The notes under the pieces: generated by a model | Database searches by the model: none | Seen by the model: the letters and a program-made list of their open reading frames with translations, nothing else | Told to the model about the DNA's origin: nothing | IMG/VR virus record: IMGVR_UViG_3300028832_000100 | DNA: 64,000 nt | Origin: a virus | Lineage: Duplodnaviria > Caudoviricetes | Direction: 5' to 3' (one strand) | Program-made: the position numbers and the translations under genes | In this document: positions 1-9,177 of the stretch, one piece after another | How positions within the stretch are numbered: the stretch's first letter is position 1 | Layout of the letters: each line of letters opens with the position of its first letter

Positions 1-483
1 CTCATCATCATAAACTTCGGAAAGCCAATAATTGGCTGTAACTGCCCCAGAATTTGATAAGATCAATCCACCTAATGAATAAGAAACAGTAGAATTTTCC
101 TTTACACGCCAATCGCTCACTTTAAGATAGCTGTCTACAACTTTCTTATAATTTATTAAAGTATCTTCTGTTTCTCGAACCTTTTGATGTTGATACCTGT
201 ATTTAATATAATGTTTAGCAAGATTATACTTGTTAAGTCTTATAAGTTCGTTCTCTATAATATCTTGTATCTCTTCTACAGATAAATCTATTATCTGGTC
301 ATTAGAAATATCAATTACCGCTCTCTCTGCAATTCTTCCTTGAATTGATTTAATTAGTTTTGTAAAACTCGCTCCTTCTACTCGATCTTCTTCATCTACA
401 TCTTTGTTTGCTTCCTCTAAACACTTTTTTATTTTTTCAATATTAAAGTCTTGTAGAGTGCCATCTCTTTTGATAACTTTCAT
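1..483 (-). CDS. nrdD: Anaerobic ribonucleoside-triphosphate reductase, N-terminal part (runs off the window)
   Basis: Manual translation from ATG at 483: MKVIKRDG...F.IEKI (ATP cone), then KENSTVSYSLGGLILSNSGAVTANYWLSEVYDDE, typical of class III RNR. Not in the ORF track. Confidence 0.9.
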   Translation of the reverse strand, partial: MKVIKRDGTLQDFNIEKIKKCLEEANKDVDEEDRVEGASFTKLIKSIQGRIAERAVIDISNDQIIDLSVEEIQDIIENELIRLNKYNLAKHYIKYRYQHQKVRETEDTLINYKKVVDSYLKVSDWRVKENSTVSYSLGGLILSNSGAVTANYWLSEVYDDE

Positions 484-498
484 GGATAACCTCTTTTG

Positions 499-1092
499 TT
501 AATATATTTTTGTTAGTCTTTCTTTTGACTGAAAGTAACTCGGTCTTGGTTGCTCGACCTCGAACATTTCCTTTATCTCCCCCAAATGAAACGGTTTTCC
601 ACCTTTCACTGGTAAAGATACTGCTCCACCCTCCTTTTTAGAAATAATATCTCTTGCTTGCTCAATGTTAAGAATATGGTCGCCAGTGTTAGTAAATTTT
701 CTAACAATGTCACCACGGGAATGACCTTCAAACGGATTTGTGCATACTTCAAAGCAACCATCACTATCTTTGTAGATGATAGAACTTTGCTCATATTTCA
801 TCCCTAATTCAAATGCCCGTTTTTTAGTAATCCCTGAAATCAACAAAGAACGCTCATCAAATTCTTCTCCATCTTCAACCCATCTGCTTATGAACTCAAT
901 GAACCCATATCCAAGATCTCTAACTTCGGATTTTAGATTTGCCATTCGTTTACGGTTTTCTTTCTCTGAATATTCTCCTCTGTACGGGGAAATAATAGCG
1001 CAAGAAGATTCGTCCGATAAGTGCTTTAACAATCTAGATGTAGTAGATTCTTCAATTTCATTTAGTTCCTCAAAAACCTCTCTGTAATTCAT
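499..1092 (-). CDS. Hypothetical phage protein, DUF3293-like
   Basis: 197-aa ORF; IISPYR..ENRKRMANLK..LGYGF..ERSLLI..KYEQSSI pattern; resembles 4983..5663. Confidence 0.5.
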   Translation of the reverse strand: MNYREVFEELNEIEESTTSRLLKHLSDESSCAIISPYRGEYSEKENRKRMANLKSEVRDLGYGFIEFISRWVEDGEEFDERSLLISGITKKRAFELGMKYEQSSIIYKDSDGCFEVCTNPFEGHSRGDIVRKFTNTGDHILNIEQARDIISKKEGGAVSLPVKGGKPFHLGEIKEMFEVEQPRPSYFQSKERLTKIY

Positions 1093-1112
1093 TTTTTATC
1101 CTTTCGTGAAAA

Positions 1113-1144
1113 ATATAGACAGAGAAGATTATTCTCTGTCTATA
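1113..1144 (-). terminator. Stem-loop / probable intrinsic terminator
   Basis: TATAGACAGAGAA gatta TTCTCTGTCTATA inverted repeat, followed by TTTTT on the minus strand. Confidence 0.6.
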
Positions 1145-1149
1145 AAGTT

Positions 1150-2364
1150 TTAGTTTTCAAAGTAAGACCAGAACTCGTCGAAAGCTTTTTGTACGCTGTC
1201 TGTACCGGGTTCATGTACTTTTTCAACAGGCTTCTCAACACTGACAACTCTTGCTCGTGTAATCTCAGTCTGTTTCGTTCCTCTGTACTCGTTGTGTGCT
1301 TTAACAGTACCTTTAAGCGTCATCGCTACACTATCAAGGCATTTTGAAGTCTTCCACACAAGAATATCATTTCCGACAACAAACTTGTAGATGTAAATAT
1401 ATCCATACTCACCATCAATGGAATACACACATTCAGGAGTTGCGGTGAACTCAATACGATCTCCGACATTCCCCACATAATCAGACTGACAGATTTCTCT
1501 CTCGGTCTTCTCTTTGTTATTCTTCAAATACAGGCTGTAAGCGGAAGAAAGAAGACCAATATTTTCTTCCCCAACACTGCTGTGAGAAATGAGAACTTTA
1601 AGATTGTTAATCCAAGAATTGGTGTCAGGACTTTCCTTTACCAATCTCTTGATCTCCACAACGATTTCTTTCGTACCAGCATACACTTCGTGACGCTCGA
1701 CAATGATCTCTCCAAGCATATTCTTTCGCTCGGTAATCAGGTTGTAGATATCACTTGCGGTAGTGGTAGGAAGATCCACATGACCTTCATCAACGAGTCT
1801 GTCGAGCATCGCTCTCGAAATATACCCATACTTTTTGATGTGCTCTACTGTCTGTTCAAGAACATCATCAACATCGTAGAATCTCTTGTCGAATCCAATA
1901 TGCTCCTCATTGAGTTTGTCGATGTATTCATCAATGGTTTCAAACCAAGAGAGATAAGAAGCATAACTATTTGCACTGATACCGATATACTCTTTCAAGC
2001 AAGTTTTTCCAACTTGAACGAAACCTACCCCCTCTTTGTAGAGAAGAACGGTGTGCTTACGAGTTCTGACATCGGTCTTACAATGGTCGCACTCACAGCG
2101 AGTGAAATATTCAGACGGGATCTCGATATTACTTACTCCCTTGATAATGTTTCTGCCACAATCCGGATCAAAGTCAAGGGTTGCAACAAACTCATACCCA
2201 TCAATCTTGTATTGACCATCAACAGTAACCTCAACATACTTGTGGTTATTCTGAATGAACGGCTCTCCAAATTCAAGAGTGACTTCTGCTCCGTACTTCT
2301 TGCGAATTTTTTCAACCTTTTCTTCGAGAAGATTTTTCAAGCCATAGAGAATAGTACAAGTCAT
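1150..2364 (-). CDS. Conserved phage protein with CDHC/C metal site and C-terminal OB-fold-like domain
   Basis: 404 aa; CECDHC...VGKTCL; C-terminal YVGNVGDR...KGTVKAHNEYRGTKQT; has its own sigmaA promoter. Confidence 0.55.
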   Translation of the reverse strand: MTCTILYGLKNLLEEKVEKIRKKYGAEVTLEFGEPFIQNNHKYVEVTVDGQYKIDGYEFVATLDFDPDCGRNIIKGVSNIEIPSEYFTRCECDHCKTDVRTRKHTVLLYKEGVGFVQVGKTCLKEYIGISANSYASYLSWFETIDEYIDKLNEEHIGFDKRFYDVDDVLEQTVEHIKKYGYISRAMLDRLVDEGHVDLPTTTASDIYNLITERKNMLGEIIVERHEVYAGTKEIVVEIKRLVKESPDTNSWINNLKVLISHSSVGEENIGLLSSAYSLYLKNNKEKTEREICQSDYVGNVGDRIEFTATPECVYSIDGEYGYIYIYKFVVGNDILVWKTSKCLDSVAMTLKGTVKAHNEYRGTKQTEITRARVVSVEKPVEKVHEPGTDSVQKAFDEFWSYFEN

Positions 2365-2394
2365 ATTGATTACCTCTCTTTCTTTACTATATAT

Positions 2395-2423
2395 ATTATA
2401 TCATAAAAAGAGAGTTTTGTCAA
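2395..2423 (-). promoter_or_regulatory. Host sigmaA-type early promoter
   Basis: Minus strand tagTTGACA-17 nt-TATAAT with extended -10 TG. Confidence 0.85.
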
Positions 2424-2432
2424 CTATATATT

Positions 2433-2654
2433 TTAAGGATTTTTCCTCTTGTATGCATCGGAAAACAGTATTCCAGTATTGTCTCCTCGTGCAATAATTC
2501 TTCCGTAGAAATCTCTTGTTGTATTGGACGATTTGTTATATGTACCAAGAATCCTTTTATAAAAATCTCTCACAACTTTATCACCATTCGGCTTTGTTTC
2601 TATATAACCGATAGTTCTACCATGAAAATCTTTGATCGCTTCTTGATTAGTCAT
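2433..2654 (-). CDS. Small hypothetical protein with 3 short repeats (DFHGR/DFYKR/DFYGR)
   Basis: 73-aa ORF within the operon. Confidence 0.6.
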   Translation of the reverse strand: MTNQEAIKDFHGRTIGYIETKPNGDKVVRDFYKRILGTYNKSSNTTRDFYGRIIARGDNTGILFSDAYKRKNP

Positions 2655-2657
2655 TTA

Positions 2658-3035
2658 TTAAAAAGCCTCCTCGTCTTTCATGTAGCCTATTATTGATTTG
2701 CATTGAGCCAGCGCATTATCCTTGCTGATATCTCTTGCCTGTGTTATATCTGAAAAAGATTTTTTACCTTTGTTCAAAAAATTATCTATTATGCGGACAA
2801 CTTTTTTACCATCAAACTCCATTCTGGAAAAATAACATATACAGGAGTCTTCTAATTTATCCGAAGTAGGATCTATTGGTCCATATTCCATAACTCTTAC
2901 AAATCCCATTGAGGTACTTATCACTAAATACCAAAACAGACCGTCATCGTTATTTGCTTCTATTGCACAATTACCATAATCTTCAATATCTATTGATCCA
3001 AGATATGACTCTTGTCTACAAAATTCAATCCGCAT
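2658..3035 (-). CDS. Hypothetical protein
   Basis: 125-aa ORF, tightly packed. Confidence 0.6.
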   Translation of the reverse strand: MRIEFCRQESYLGSIDIEDYGNCAIEANNDDGLFWYLVISTSMGFVRVMEYGPIDPTSDKLEDSCICYFSRMEFDGKKVVRIIDNFLNKGKKSFSDITQARDISKDNALAQCKSIIGYMKDEEAF

Positions 3036-3711
3036 TTTCTGAATTTTCTTCGTTCAATTCATCTGCATTATCAATATGAATTGTAGCAGGAGTCAGTTTA
3101 ACCTCTCCGTTTTGAATAGCAGTCAAGAATTTAATACCATCATTCATCTGCTTCAGTTCTGGATCTTCTTCAATCTCTTTTTCAAGTGATTTCTTTTTAA
3201 CATCAATGGATTCCAAATACATATCAATTAGTTCTTCTTTTTCTTGTTCTGTAAAGTAATCCCAATTTGAATCGATCTCAAACCCAACATCAGAAATCAA
3301 AACACCGTCTAACTGATTAACCAACTGCTGAATGACTGTTGCTGCAACGCCAAGAAATCTATCACTCTTTATCTTTCCGAGTGGTGTTACATAAGAAGCA
3401 ACAACCTCCTGATTTCTGACAACAAGATATTCCTTGTCTGGAATACTCGGTGAACTTTCTCTCGAAATGGTAAGACCTTTTGCATTATACAAAACAGGGT
3501 TTACATAACTTCTTACATCCCCGTTATAGTTAATTACTATAATTCTTTTGTTTTTACCAATCTGATTTGCTGAAAGACCAAGTAGATTCTTTTCTTTTAC
3601 TGTGTGCTTCAATTCGAGAATAATGTCACGCATTTCCTTACTTTGCTTAACAGTATCAATCTCATCCGCTCTTTCGCACAATTCTTCATAATCTGTTACA
3701 ATTTCTGCCAT
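3025..3711 (-). CDS. Peptide deformylase homologue, metal ligands lost
   Basis: GLSANQIG (motif I) and YVNP kept; EGCLS becomes ESSPS; HExxH becomes QLVNQ (followed by LDGVL). Confidence 0.8.
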   Translation of the reverse strand: MAEIVTDYEELCERADEIDTVKQSKEMRDIILELKHTVKEKNLLGLSANQIGKNKRIIVINYNGDVRSYVNPVLYNAKGLTISRESSPSIPDKEYLVVRNQEVVASYVTPLGKIKSDRFLGVAATVIQQLVNQLDGVLISDVGFEIDSNWDYFTEQEKEELIDMYLESIDVKKKSLEKEIEEDPELKQMNDGIKFLTAIQNGEVKLTPATIHIDNADELNEENSENAD

Positions 3712-3714
3712 TTA

Positions 3715-3996
3715 TCAAATCTCCGTTATTGTCATTTGGTATATATCGTTTTCAAGATCACCGGAAAGGCTAATTAAAAAATCTTCATCTTCATAAAGAT
3801 AGTTCATATTTGCGCTTTCATCAGTCAATATACCATTGTCTTCTTGTGGGATCAAAAGATCAGAGTCTTCCAGTATGCTGAATATCTTTCCGAACTCATC
3901 GCTGGAATCAATGTCAACAACAAAGGATCCGTCTTCGCTGTATGTTCCAGATTTATTTATGCCCAAATTTTTCAAAATTGTTTCTGCTACAATCAT
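3715..3996 (-). CDS. Hypothetical protein (acidic)
   Basis: 93-aa ORF, start overlaps upstream stop (ATGA). Confidence 0.6.
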   Translation of the reverse strand: MIVAETILKNLGINKSGTYSEDGSFVVDIDSSDEFGKIFSILEDSDLLIPQEDNGILTDESANMNYLYEDEDFLISLSGDLENDIYQMTITEI

Positions 3997-4337
3997 TTGT
4001 GGATCATTTTTTGTAAGTCATCCAATGCGTTTCTATTGGATTGAATTACACCTTCCTTTGAATATTTCTTGTCAAGAGATGATGTTTTCTTTTTCATCAT
4101 ATCACTATAATTCTTGTGCTTCTCTTTCCTCGTTGGTTGGTTCAATAAGAAAGAAACCCAAGACATTGTTTCATAGGATTGCATAACGGGTTGGAAAACT
4201 TTTTTCATATTTTCCAATCTTTCCGGCTCTACCAATCCCTGTTGAACTACCTCTTCAAACTCTTTTATTTGCCCCTTTAATTCCGCATATTGCTCACAAA
4301 CTTGGGCGTAATATTCATCAAAATCTTTTTTGCTCAT
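3993..4337 (-). CDS. Hypothetical protein
   Basis: 114-aa ORF. Confidence 0.6.
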   Translation of the reverse strand: MSKKDFDEYYAQVCEQYAELKGQIKEFEEVVQQGLVEPERLENMKKVFQPVMQSYETMSWVSFLLNQPTRKEKHKNYSDMMKKKTSSLDKKYSKEGVIQSNRNALDDLQKMIHK

Positions 4338-4393
4338 ATTGTTACCTATCTGTAAAAATGAAAGTAATTGGGGGATATTTTATCCCCCAATCA

Positions 4394-4891
4394 TTACAGC
4401 CAAAAGAATTCATTAAACCATCTATTGGTACTATTAAACTCCTTGATAGCGCGATCAAACTCTTCTGCCGCTTTCTTGTCACTATAAGACACACGATACA
4501 CACCATAGGCATCATTGAATTCTTTAAGTGCCTTATACTTATTCTGCTCTGCATCCTGAACTGCTTTCTTTGCAGGATTCAGAAGATTGTCAATATCCTC
4601 ATGGTATTTCTTGGATATTTCCTTCGCCTTTTCCAGTGCAACAGAATAGAGTGCCCTTGCTTCGGTCACTTTTTCTTCACACTTCTGAACCTTGTCCGCA
4701 AGGTCTTTCTTTGATGGTGTTTTAACTTCATCTGACTTTTTACAGCCTTTTGATTCTTCACACTCATCACATGGTTTCACACAGTCACAATCAGGGTCAT
4801 CTTCATACCCTTCAAGATACAGTGCTTCTGCTTCTTGACACTCTTTCTCAGTGTCAAACACTTCTTTTAACATTTCGGAATAATACTTCAT
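4394..4891 (-). CDS. Hypothetical coiled-coil protein
   Basis: 165 aa, GGAGG RBS; followed by hairpin TTGGGGGATA..TATCCCCCAA (4368-4390). Confidence 0.65.
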   Translation of the reverse strand: MKYYSEMLKEVFDTEKECQEAEALYLEGYEDDPDCDCVKPCDECEESKGCKKSDEVKTPSKKDLADKVQKCEEKVTEARALYSVALEKAKEISKKYHEDIDNLLNPAKKAVQDAEQNKYKALKEFNDAYGVYRVSYSDKKAAEEFDRAIKEFNSTNRWFNEFFWL

Positions 4892-4982
4892 AATTATTCC
4901 CTCCTATAAAATATATTTACAAACCTGTTGCTTCGGAACTTACCAAAATATTGGGCTTATCTTTGCACACAGGAAAGTATCT

Positions 4983-5663
4983 TTATTGGTCATTTTTTCT
5001 ATAAGCGCGTCTACGACAAATACTTCTTTCCTTGAATGGGTAAACCTCATTCATAGATTTCTCAAATTCTGCCATATCAATTATTTCCGGTATTTGATCT
5101 CCAAACACACTCATATTGATTCTAAATTTTATACCAAACCTTGAAAAGAAATCTTCTGCATCAGTTTCATCTGTTACAGTTTTTGAAACATCAACCAACT
5201 TATATGTATGACAAGAATTATGTGTCTCATAATATCCAATTTCTGAATGATCTTCATATACTTTTCCATAGAAGAAACTTTCTTGCCCGAAGTTGCTTGC
5301 AATTGCTTCTGCATCTTTGTATGGGATGTTAAAAATCACAAAAGATTTTTCTTTTCCTTTGTACTCTCCCTTAATTGGGACATACTGAAATCCACCATAT
5401 TGAAGAGTGTCGTTACCGGTCTTTTCAATTCTTCTCAAAAGTTCTGTGGTTTTAAGATCATCAACCGCTTTTCTGTTATATGTGCTGAAATTTGCTGCCC
5501 ACTTTGCGAATTTTTCCTTGAACTCTTCCTCAGTGCTGTTTTCCCATCCAAGAGGATTTTCAGGAGATACAATGGCAAATGTTTTAATCTTGCCAGTTGG
5601 ATCTCCCCACAGACTTCTTTTTAATTTTCTATATCTATTGCTATTCTCTTTTATTACTCTCAT
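4983..5663 (-). CDS. Hypothetical phage protein, DUF3293-like
   Basis: 226 aa; AIVSPENP..G.Y..KEKSFVI..FGQESF pattern. Confidence 0.5.
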   Translation of the reverse strand: MRVIKENSNRYRKLKRSLWGDPTGKIKTFAIVSPENPLGWENSTEEEFKEKFAKWAANFSTYNRKAVDDLKTTELLRRIEKTGNDTLQYGGFQYVPIKGEYKGKEKSFVIFNIPYKDAEAIASNFGQESFFYGKVYEDHSEIGYYETHNSCHTYKLVDVSKTVTDETDAEDFFSRFGIKFRINMSVFGDQIPEIIDMAEFEKSMNEVYPFKERSICRRRAYRKNDQ

Positions 5664-5664
5664 A

Positions 5665-6894
5665 TTACTTTCCCAAGTTTATTTTATAAATGGCGTCACA
5701 AACATTCTGTGGTGTTGCAATAATCAGCGTTTGAGATGGCTCGCTGTGTAATCTCAAATTCATCGCATAATCGTCTGTCCCCATAAGACTTCCGTTGCCA
5801 ACCGTAACGCACCCGCATTTCTCATCTGCTGAAAAATGATGTAAATGTGCAGTACACATAAGATCATAACTCTGCCTTGTCACAAGGGTAATTTTATCAA
5901 GAGCAACCAACGGTTTATCCTTATCTCCGTGCACACCTGCAACATTATGACCGCAGACAGTGCATGTTATAATATCTTCTGAAAACTCGTTGTCATATAT
6001 ACTAACATCAAATCCCTTTAATCTCTGTCTTAAATAGAACGGAATAAATCTTGCAAGGGATTCAAGATCTAATGATTCACTCTTGTTTGGTTCAATTCTT
6101 GAATGGTTGTCTAAACAATCAAAATAAGAGATGTGCATTTTTTCAGAAAGTCTAACAATCATCTCTGCAAGAATTTCGCTTACTTCCATGATTTGGGAAA
6201 TTACATCTTCCCTGCTTTGAATGCGAATTTGTGTATGAATTCTTCCTGCAATAAGATCGGACAGGTTAATAATTGTTAGATTTCTTATGCAGTTTTCCTC
6301 ACATCTTTTAATAACTTCTGCAACAAGTCTTGAAACTCTTTCTCTACAAATTTCTGGGTTAAAACGATTATAGGCGTTTTCAAACTCTAACCCATAATGC
6401 CAGTCGCTTATTAGAAGAATACCTTCTTTTACACTGTTTGTTGCATATTTTTCAAAAAACTTATCAACGGAAAGAGCCTTCTCCTTTGACATTCTATCTG
6501 CAAAAGATTCAGCAATCTCTTTTATACTCTCTTCTCTTGCAAGTCTTCTTACATACCTACCATTTTGAACTCTTTCATCAGAAAGTTTTGCTCTTTCTTT
6601 CTTGATCTCCAACAAAATGTCTTGAAGATTAGACAGATACGAAGATTCATCATCACTTAATACCGCTTCTGATTTTTGATTGTCTGTCATAGAATGATAC
6701 AACTTCCTAAAACGACTTTCATCCTTGTGTATACCAGAAGCATCTTCTATAATTTTTGCGAACTCTGACCATGAACAGTCAAGAAGGTCTTTCAAAAGAA
6801 CAACCCTCTGAATATAATCCTTGTCTTCCTCATTGGGAAGTCTTTGAAACTTATCCTGCAATTCTGATCTATCCATATTATTCCTCGTCTTCAT
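5665..6894 (-). CDS. Calcineurin-like metallophosphoesterase
   Basis: SDWHYG, DLIAG, DNHSR, VHGD and AHLHH motifs. Confidence 0.8.
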   Translation of the reverse strand: MKTRNNMDRSELQDKFQRLPNEEDKDYIQRVVLLKDLLDCSWSEFAKIIEDASGIHKDESRFRKLYHSMTDNQKSEAVLSDDESSYLSNLQDILLEIKKERAKLSDERVQNGRYVRRLAREESIKEIAESFADRMSKEKALSVDKFFEKYATNSVKEGILLISDWHYGLEFENAYNRFNPEICRERVSRLVAEVIKRCEENCIRNLTIINLSDLIAGRIHTQIRIQSREDVISQIMEVSEILAEMIVRLSEKMHISYFDCLDNHSRIEPNKSESLDLESLARFIPFYLRQRLKGFDVSIYDNEFSEDIITCTVCGHNVAGVHGDKDKPLVALDKITLVTRQSYDLMCTAHLHHFSADEKCGCVTVGNGSLMGTDDYAMNLRLHSEPSQTLIIATPQNVCDAIYKINLGK

Positions 6895-7360
6895 CAGTAT
6901 TTTCTACTACTATCATGTTATCTTCTGATTTTATTCTTGATAGATATGCTTGAACAGCACTCAACACTTTTTCTTTTGATTGTCTGTCAAGACCATCACC
7001 AAGACCAATGTTTAACTCGTTTGTAGTATTATTTATATTAATAACAGGACACTCATCGACCTGATTTAATGACTTGTTTGATTTCTCGATGGATTCTTGA
7101 ACAACTTTCATATAAGATATAAGATCGCTATTACTAAACTCATCTGACCGTTTATTCAGTCGCTCCTGCATTTCGTCAGAAACAGAATCTAAAAGATTGT
7201 TTAGTTTCATAAGTCTTGCAACATTCTTCTTTGACATATTCATGTTGAATAATGTTGTAAGATCTTTTATCTTTCCTATATCTTCTTCTGCAATTATTTC
7301 ATCAGCAATTTTTGCTGTTTTTTCTTCAAGTTCATCATATTTTTTTGGTAAATTTTCCAT
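6878..7360 (-). CDS. Hypothetical protein
   Basis: 160-aa helical ORF. Confidence 0.6.
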   Translation of the reverse strand: MENLPKKYDELEEKTAKIADEIIAEEDIGKIKDLTTLFNMNMSKKNVARLMKLNNLLDSVSDEMQERLNKRSDEFSNSDLISYMKVVQESIEKSNKSLNQVDECPVININNTTNELNIGLGDGLDRQSKEKVLSAVQAYLSRIKSEDNMIVVENTDEDEE

Positions 7361-7361
7361 A

Positions 7362-7682
7362 TTACAGTATATTCTTATATGTAGAAATTATCTTGCTTGA
7401 TAAACTATCTTCCAATGCCTTTGACAATGGATCAAATCCATCAAAAGCGGATGTAATTTTTTCTTCCATCATCTTGTTAGGTATGAACTTGTATCTAACG
7501 CCGCAATCGGTCATACCAATACATAGATTTCCAATCCCAATATCTGCTACGAGAACATCATCATTACTCATTGTTGCAACGGCATGGGCTACACACAAGG
7601 TTTCTTTATTTTTTAATGATTCTATTGTTACTCTCGGTATATTAGTGACAGAGGATAAATTGTCAACAACATCAATATTCAC
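7362..7682 (-). CDS. Hypothetical protein
   Basis: 106 aa, GAGGAGG RBS. Confidence 0.6.
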   Translation of the reverse strand: MNIDVVDNLSSVTNIPRVTIESLKNKETLCVAHAVATMSNDDVLVADIGIGNLCIGMTDCGVRYKFIPNKMMEEKITSAFDGFDPLSKALEDSLSSKIISTYKNIL

Positions 7683-7881
7683 TTCTGTTAATCCTCCTCA
7701 TTACTTTTATTGGCTCTTTTCTTTGCAAATAATCCAAACTATATTTCATTGTATCTTCGTAGGATGAATAAGATTCTTCAAGTCTTTCTTTAACAGCATT
7801 TTCTAAAACTACATCCTTGTCATTTTGCATGGAATCTATGTCACAAAAAATGTGCATTATTTGTTCTTTTAGTTCACTCAT
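7672..7881 (-). CDS. Hypothetical protein
   Basis: 69-aa ORF, overlapping both neighbours. Confidence 0.5.
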   Translation of the reverse strand: MSELKEQIMHIFCDIDSMQNDKDVVLENAVKERLEESYSSYEDTMKYSLDYLQRKEPIKVMRRINRSEY

Positions 7882-8279
7882 TTATCCATCACCGATTGTA
7901 GTGTATATTTATTAGTGTCAAATGTATAGTTTTGAATCACATTGCAAATAGATTCATATGCACTTTGAATGTTCTTTGCATTTGGTCTTAATTCTCTCAC
8001 CTCATTGAGAGAAGTTGCATAGTCTTTACCTTCAACATTCACAAGTTGATACAGTAAAAGCCCACAAGTTACAGTTTCTAACTCCGATATTGTAGGTACA
8101 CGAATGGTCATCCCACCGAACATTTCAATAAAACGGAGCATATTTTTTCTATCAAGCACATAAGACATTTCAGACAAAACTTCATATTCTGGATTTCCAA
8201 TTAACTTATACAATGAAAACAAGATAATGGAATTTATATCATATTCTTTTAATTTATTTAATTCATTCTTGATCGCCAT
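7878..8279 (-). CDS. Mor-family-like transcription regulator (putative)
   Basis: FIEMFGGMTIRVP resembles the Mor FGGxxxYIP signature. Confidence 0.4.
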   Translation of the reverse strand: MAIKNELNKLKEYDINSIILFSLYKLIGNPEYEVLSEMSYVLDRKNMLRFIEMFGGMTIRVPTISELETVTCGLLLYQLVNVEGKDYATSLNEVRELRPNAKNIQSAYESICNVIQNYTFDTNKYTLQSVMDK

Positions 8280-9177
8280 ATATTGCTACTCCGGTACATT
8301 CCTCGATTTGGTTAAGAATTAAACTATCAATCACTGCATCTGACGGTTCCCATGAATGTATGACCGCAGATAAATCTCTTGCAAGTGTCTTCTTACTTCT
8401 ATTAGCCAAAAACAGAATATAGTTTTTTAAGTCCTTGCAGTTACCGTATGCTATTACAGATTTTAATGGGTCTGAATATTCGCGCATTCTTGCAGTATAA
8501 AATTCATAGACACCACTTGTCATCTTTTGAACCTTTTTCATATCTTCTGCCGACAAAGTTATTTGGTTAATGATAGTCAATAGAACACTTGCATATAGAT
8601 CACTGAATATATCTTTCCGTCCAAAATATGGTGTCCGTTTACAAGTTTCATAAACGCATTTTGGAAGTGTTTCCAAGCACATTGAAAATTCACACCCGTT
8701 GTAATCGTGATAGCTTTTATAAGCAAGCAATATTCTATCACGGTCAACATCATGTGCATCACAATCTTCATAGGACTTGTATGTTTGATTGAAGTTTAAC
8801 TGCTCAAAATCCACCTTTCTTGCATAGATTGTTGAACGAATATAATTCGTTATACTCTTAATCTTTTGCATTTGTGGATTTCCGTTATTGTCAAAAACAA
8901 ACTGCTTCTTGTTTTTCAGCCGATTAAAAAGATATGTTGCACAATGTAAAGAAAATTCATCATAATAATCTGCCCTTCGGAAGAAATTATGCTTTCTTGC
9001 AAACATTTCGCATAGAAGATAAAGGTACTCAAACAACTTATCATCTTTGCAATTTTCGCTATATGCATTTTCATCAATCCACATAGCCATATCTACATAT
9101 CGGACACCAAGTGGCTTTTTATAAGTCATTACACTTTTCACAAAGTAGTATGAGTGAAATGTCGAAAACAAGTTCAC
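8263..9177 (-). CDS. Hypothetical protein (possibly sigma-factor-like)
   Basis: 304-aa helical ORF; no decisive motif. Confidence 0.45.
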   Translation of the reverse strand: MNLFSTFHSYYFVKSVMTYKKPLGVRYVDMAMWIDENAYSENCKDDKLFEYLYLLCEMFARKHNFFRRADYYDEFSLHCATYLFNRLKNKKQFVFDNNGNPQMQKIKSITNYIRSTIYARKVDFEQLNFNQTYKSYEDCDAHDVDRDRILLAYKSYHDYNGCEFSMCLETLPKCVYETCKRTPYFGRKDIFSDLYASVLLTIINQITLSAEDMKKVQKMTSGVYEFYTARMREYSDPLKSVIAYGNCKDLKNYILFLANRSKKTLARDLSAVIHSWEPSDAVIDSLILNQIEECTGVAIYGDQE

